From assembly GCA_002633005.1 (NCBI GenBank), contig NMRA01000046.1, positions 618,801-682,800 on the forward strand: 64,000 bases of DNA, read 5' to 3'. Positions within the stretch are counted from its first letter, which is position 1. Each line of letters opens with the position of its first letter. The notes beneath the pieces were generated by a model. That model was not told the origin of the DNA, ran no database searches, and was given only the letters and a program-made list of their open reading frames with translations. The translations under genes were made by a program, and so were the position numbers. Positions 62,044-64,000 of the stretch are shown here, in pieces. This DNA comes from Phoronis australis (lineage: Eukaryota > Animalia > Phoronida).

Positions 62044-62272
62044 AGTGGTCACACTAGGATGGAAAATCGTGTACAGGTAGCCTATAGTTGTTTTTATTTC
62101 AAGAAACGTTCGCAAAAACTACCTCACTATTACCTGGATTCCTTTAGATAATCTAATGATACGATATACGAAAACGTAGAATAACTTGTAACGTAATTAT
62201 TATGCCATACGTTCGCTACTTTCTCAACAATTAAGTCGAACATTTACTTAGTACACTTTCTATTGTGTTCAG

Positions 62273-63270
62273 GTTGAAAACGAAACATACAACAGCGGTC
62301 ATCAGAAAAGGAAACAAAGGCGACAGTTTGAAGAATTCTTGAAAATAACCAAATTAGATACTTTTATTTAACTATAGCTCTGGAAAACTAAGGAGTATCT
62401 CAAAAATAAAACACATGTCTCAATATCATTCGTTTTGATCAGCCATTACATGAATATTCTGTCACTGAGTCACACGAGTGCTCCACATTAGGTGAACCAA
62501 ATTCTGAAAGCAAGACAAAAAATAGTGTTGAAAATTTACCACTCACAAACCCAGTAAATACTGAGACATTCACGAGCGATTTCTACTACAATGGGGTTCG
62601 CTACCTGAAGAAGAAACGCTTCACTGGGTCCACAAATGTCCTTCTGATTGCCACCACAGGGATTGTCCATTTGAAAAAATCAAAGCGATCATTCAAAAAA
62701 CCAGGACCGACATTGCTCAAAAGCCCAGAGATTTTTCAATCCAGGAAAGTTAATGGAGAAGTGTAAGATCAAGCAGAGAGTGGTTAGCGTATTCCTCAAA
62801 AACTGGCTGTGTCTATTGTTTTGTTTGTAAGCTTTTTTTAACATCCAAAAATTTGTCGAAATCCCAGTTGAAATTTTGAAGAATATATATCAAGCTGATG
62901 ATGACGAAAACCTTATTGGTGAACTGCTGCATCTCGATACATGTGTGAAGCAGAATAACTGACTGTGCTGGCCAAAAAGATTTCAAGGACTGCTATCAAA
63001 TGATCTGCGAAATTCGAATTAAGTTAGCGTTCCCAAACACGGAATCTGTGTTGAGAATCTTTTTGAGTCTCATGGTCACTAATTGCTCAGGAGAAAGGTC
63101 ATTTTCGCAACTTAAAAGAATAATGACTGAACTGAGATAAACAGTATCGCAAGAATAACTAAGAGTATTAGCTATAAAGTGCGTGGAAAGGGAGAATTAA
63201 GGTAAGAAGTCTTGATAACGGAAGATAGAATTGAAGTTTTCCTGGCAGTGAACTCAAGAAAACAGAATTT
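62273..63270 (+). pseudogene. Decayed, internally deleted hAT (Tip100/ZMYM1-like) transposase
   Basis: N-terminal YNSGHQKRKQR motif (~62288) and C-terminal dimerisation motif AFPNTESVLRIFLSLMVTNCSGERSFSQLKRIMTELR*TVSQE*L (from 63027) with in-frame stops. hAT-like ends lie nearby (CAGGGGCGAATCCAGG at ~61226). Confidence 0.8.
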
Positions 63271-64000
63271 CGCAAAGAGAAGCGAATAAACATAAACTGA
63301 TTGTGTCACACATTCCCATAAATGCTCACTAGATTATAGCGACAGCTTTTCCACTAGGAATACAATGATTATTCCAACTTTCAAATTGATTAGTCATTTA
63401 GTTTATGCCCTTTGGTATTAGAGTTACAAAAACTAGGATAACGAAAGTAAAGTGTGCTTCACAAATATTCACATGTTCATCCACTTAGTATTTTTGACTC
63501 AAACGAACCTGATACTCTCTATATACATAGGCAGATTTAGGGGGGGGCAGCCCCCTCCCCTTGGCTGCCGAAAAAAATAAAACAGCAAGAGCGTAGGGAA
63601 ATGTTGAGTTTATCAATTTACCCCGGTAATTAAAATTATACAGATGAAACAAGATTTAAATGTATGCAGTTTTAGTGTTTGGGGGGAGGGGCTCGATCCA
63701 ATTTCAAGTGTCAAATTCGTAACGGAACTGTGGCTAAGTATAGGCTCTCCCGCGATATCCCAGGCGACCGGGAGTAGCGCTGCGCACTACGACTCCGTTT
63801 CCGTCGTCTGCTCCACTTAGTCTCCTACACAGACCCACGAGATTGGTTGGGGGGCCTTCACAAGCAATCCGTGACGTCAGCTTGTGAGGCCCGGGAACCA
63901 GGTTACTGCTCCACTGTGCAATGAAGAAAATTTACTTCAGTTTTTAAAGAAAATGGAACCTGAGTGACGGTGAAAAAACAGAAGGTGCTGGTAAGATGTG

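Overview
This is an intron-rich, AT-rich eukaryotic (invertebrate-like) genomic window with five single-N assembly joins (33086, 40611, 42344, 52235, 61354). Five spliced genes were rebuilt by hand from GT-AG boundaries and reading phase: CHRAC1 (-, runs off the left edge), a PHF20/PHF20L1 orthologue (+; Tudor/MBT x2, C2H2, PHD), a CCSER1/2-like gene (-), eEF1-delta (+, last exon not visible) and DUS1L (-). Most short ORFs in the track are spurious or exon read-through. Introns and spacers carry many non-autonomous elements (Kolobok-, Harbinger-, MULE-, Tc1/mariner- and Helentron-like), minisatellites and a decayed hAT transposase. The most notable observations are: (1) a miniature LTR retrotransposon (TRIM) with a tRNA-Ser primer site, a PPT and tRNA-like Pol III boxes in its LTRs, with four family members in the window; (2) a palindrome built from two back-to-back tRNA-like promoters; (3) a tandemly amplified exon/donor junction inside the PHF20 PHD finger that offers an in-frame alternative CxC knuckle; (4) probable antisense overlap of the CHRAC1 and PHF20 first exons; (5) an intronic H/ACA snoRNA candidate in eEF1D. 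All calls come from reading the sequence by eye; no searches were run.
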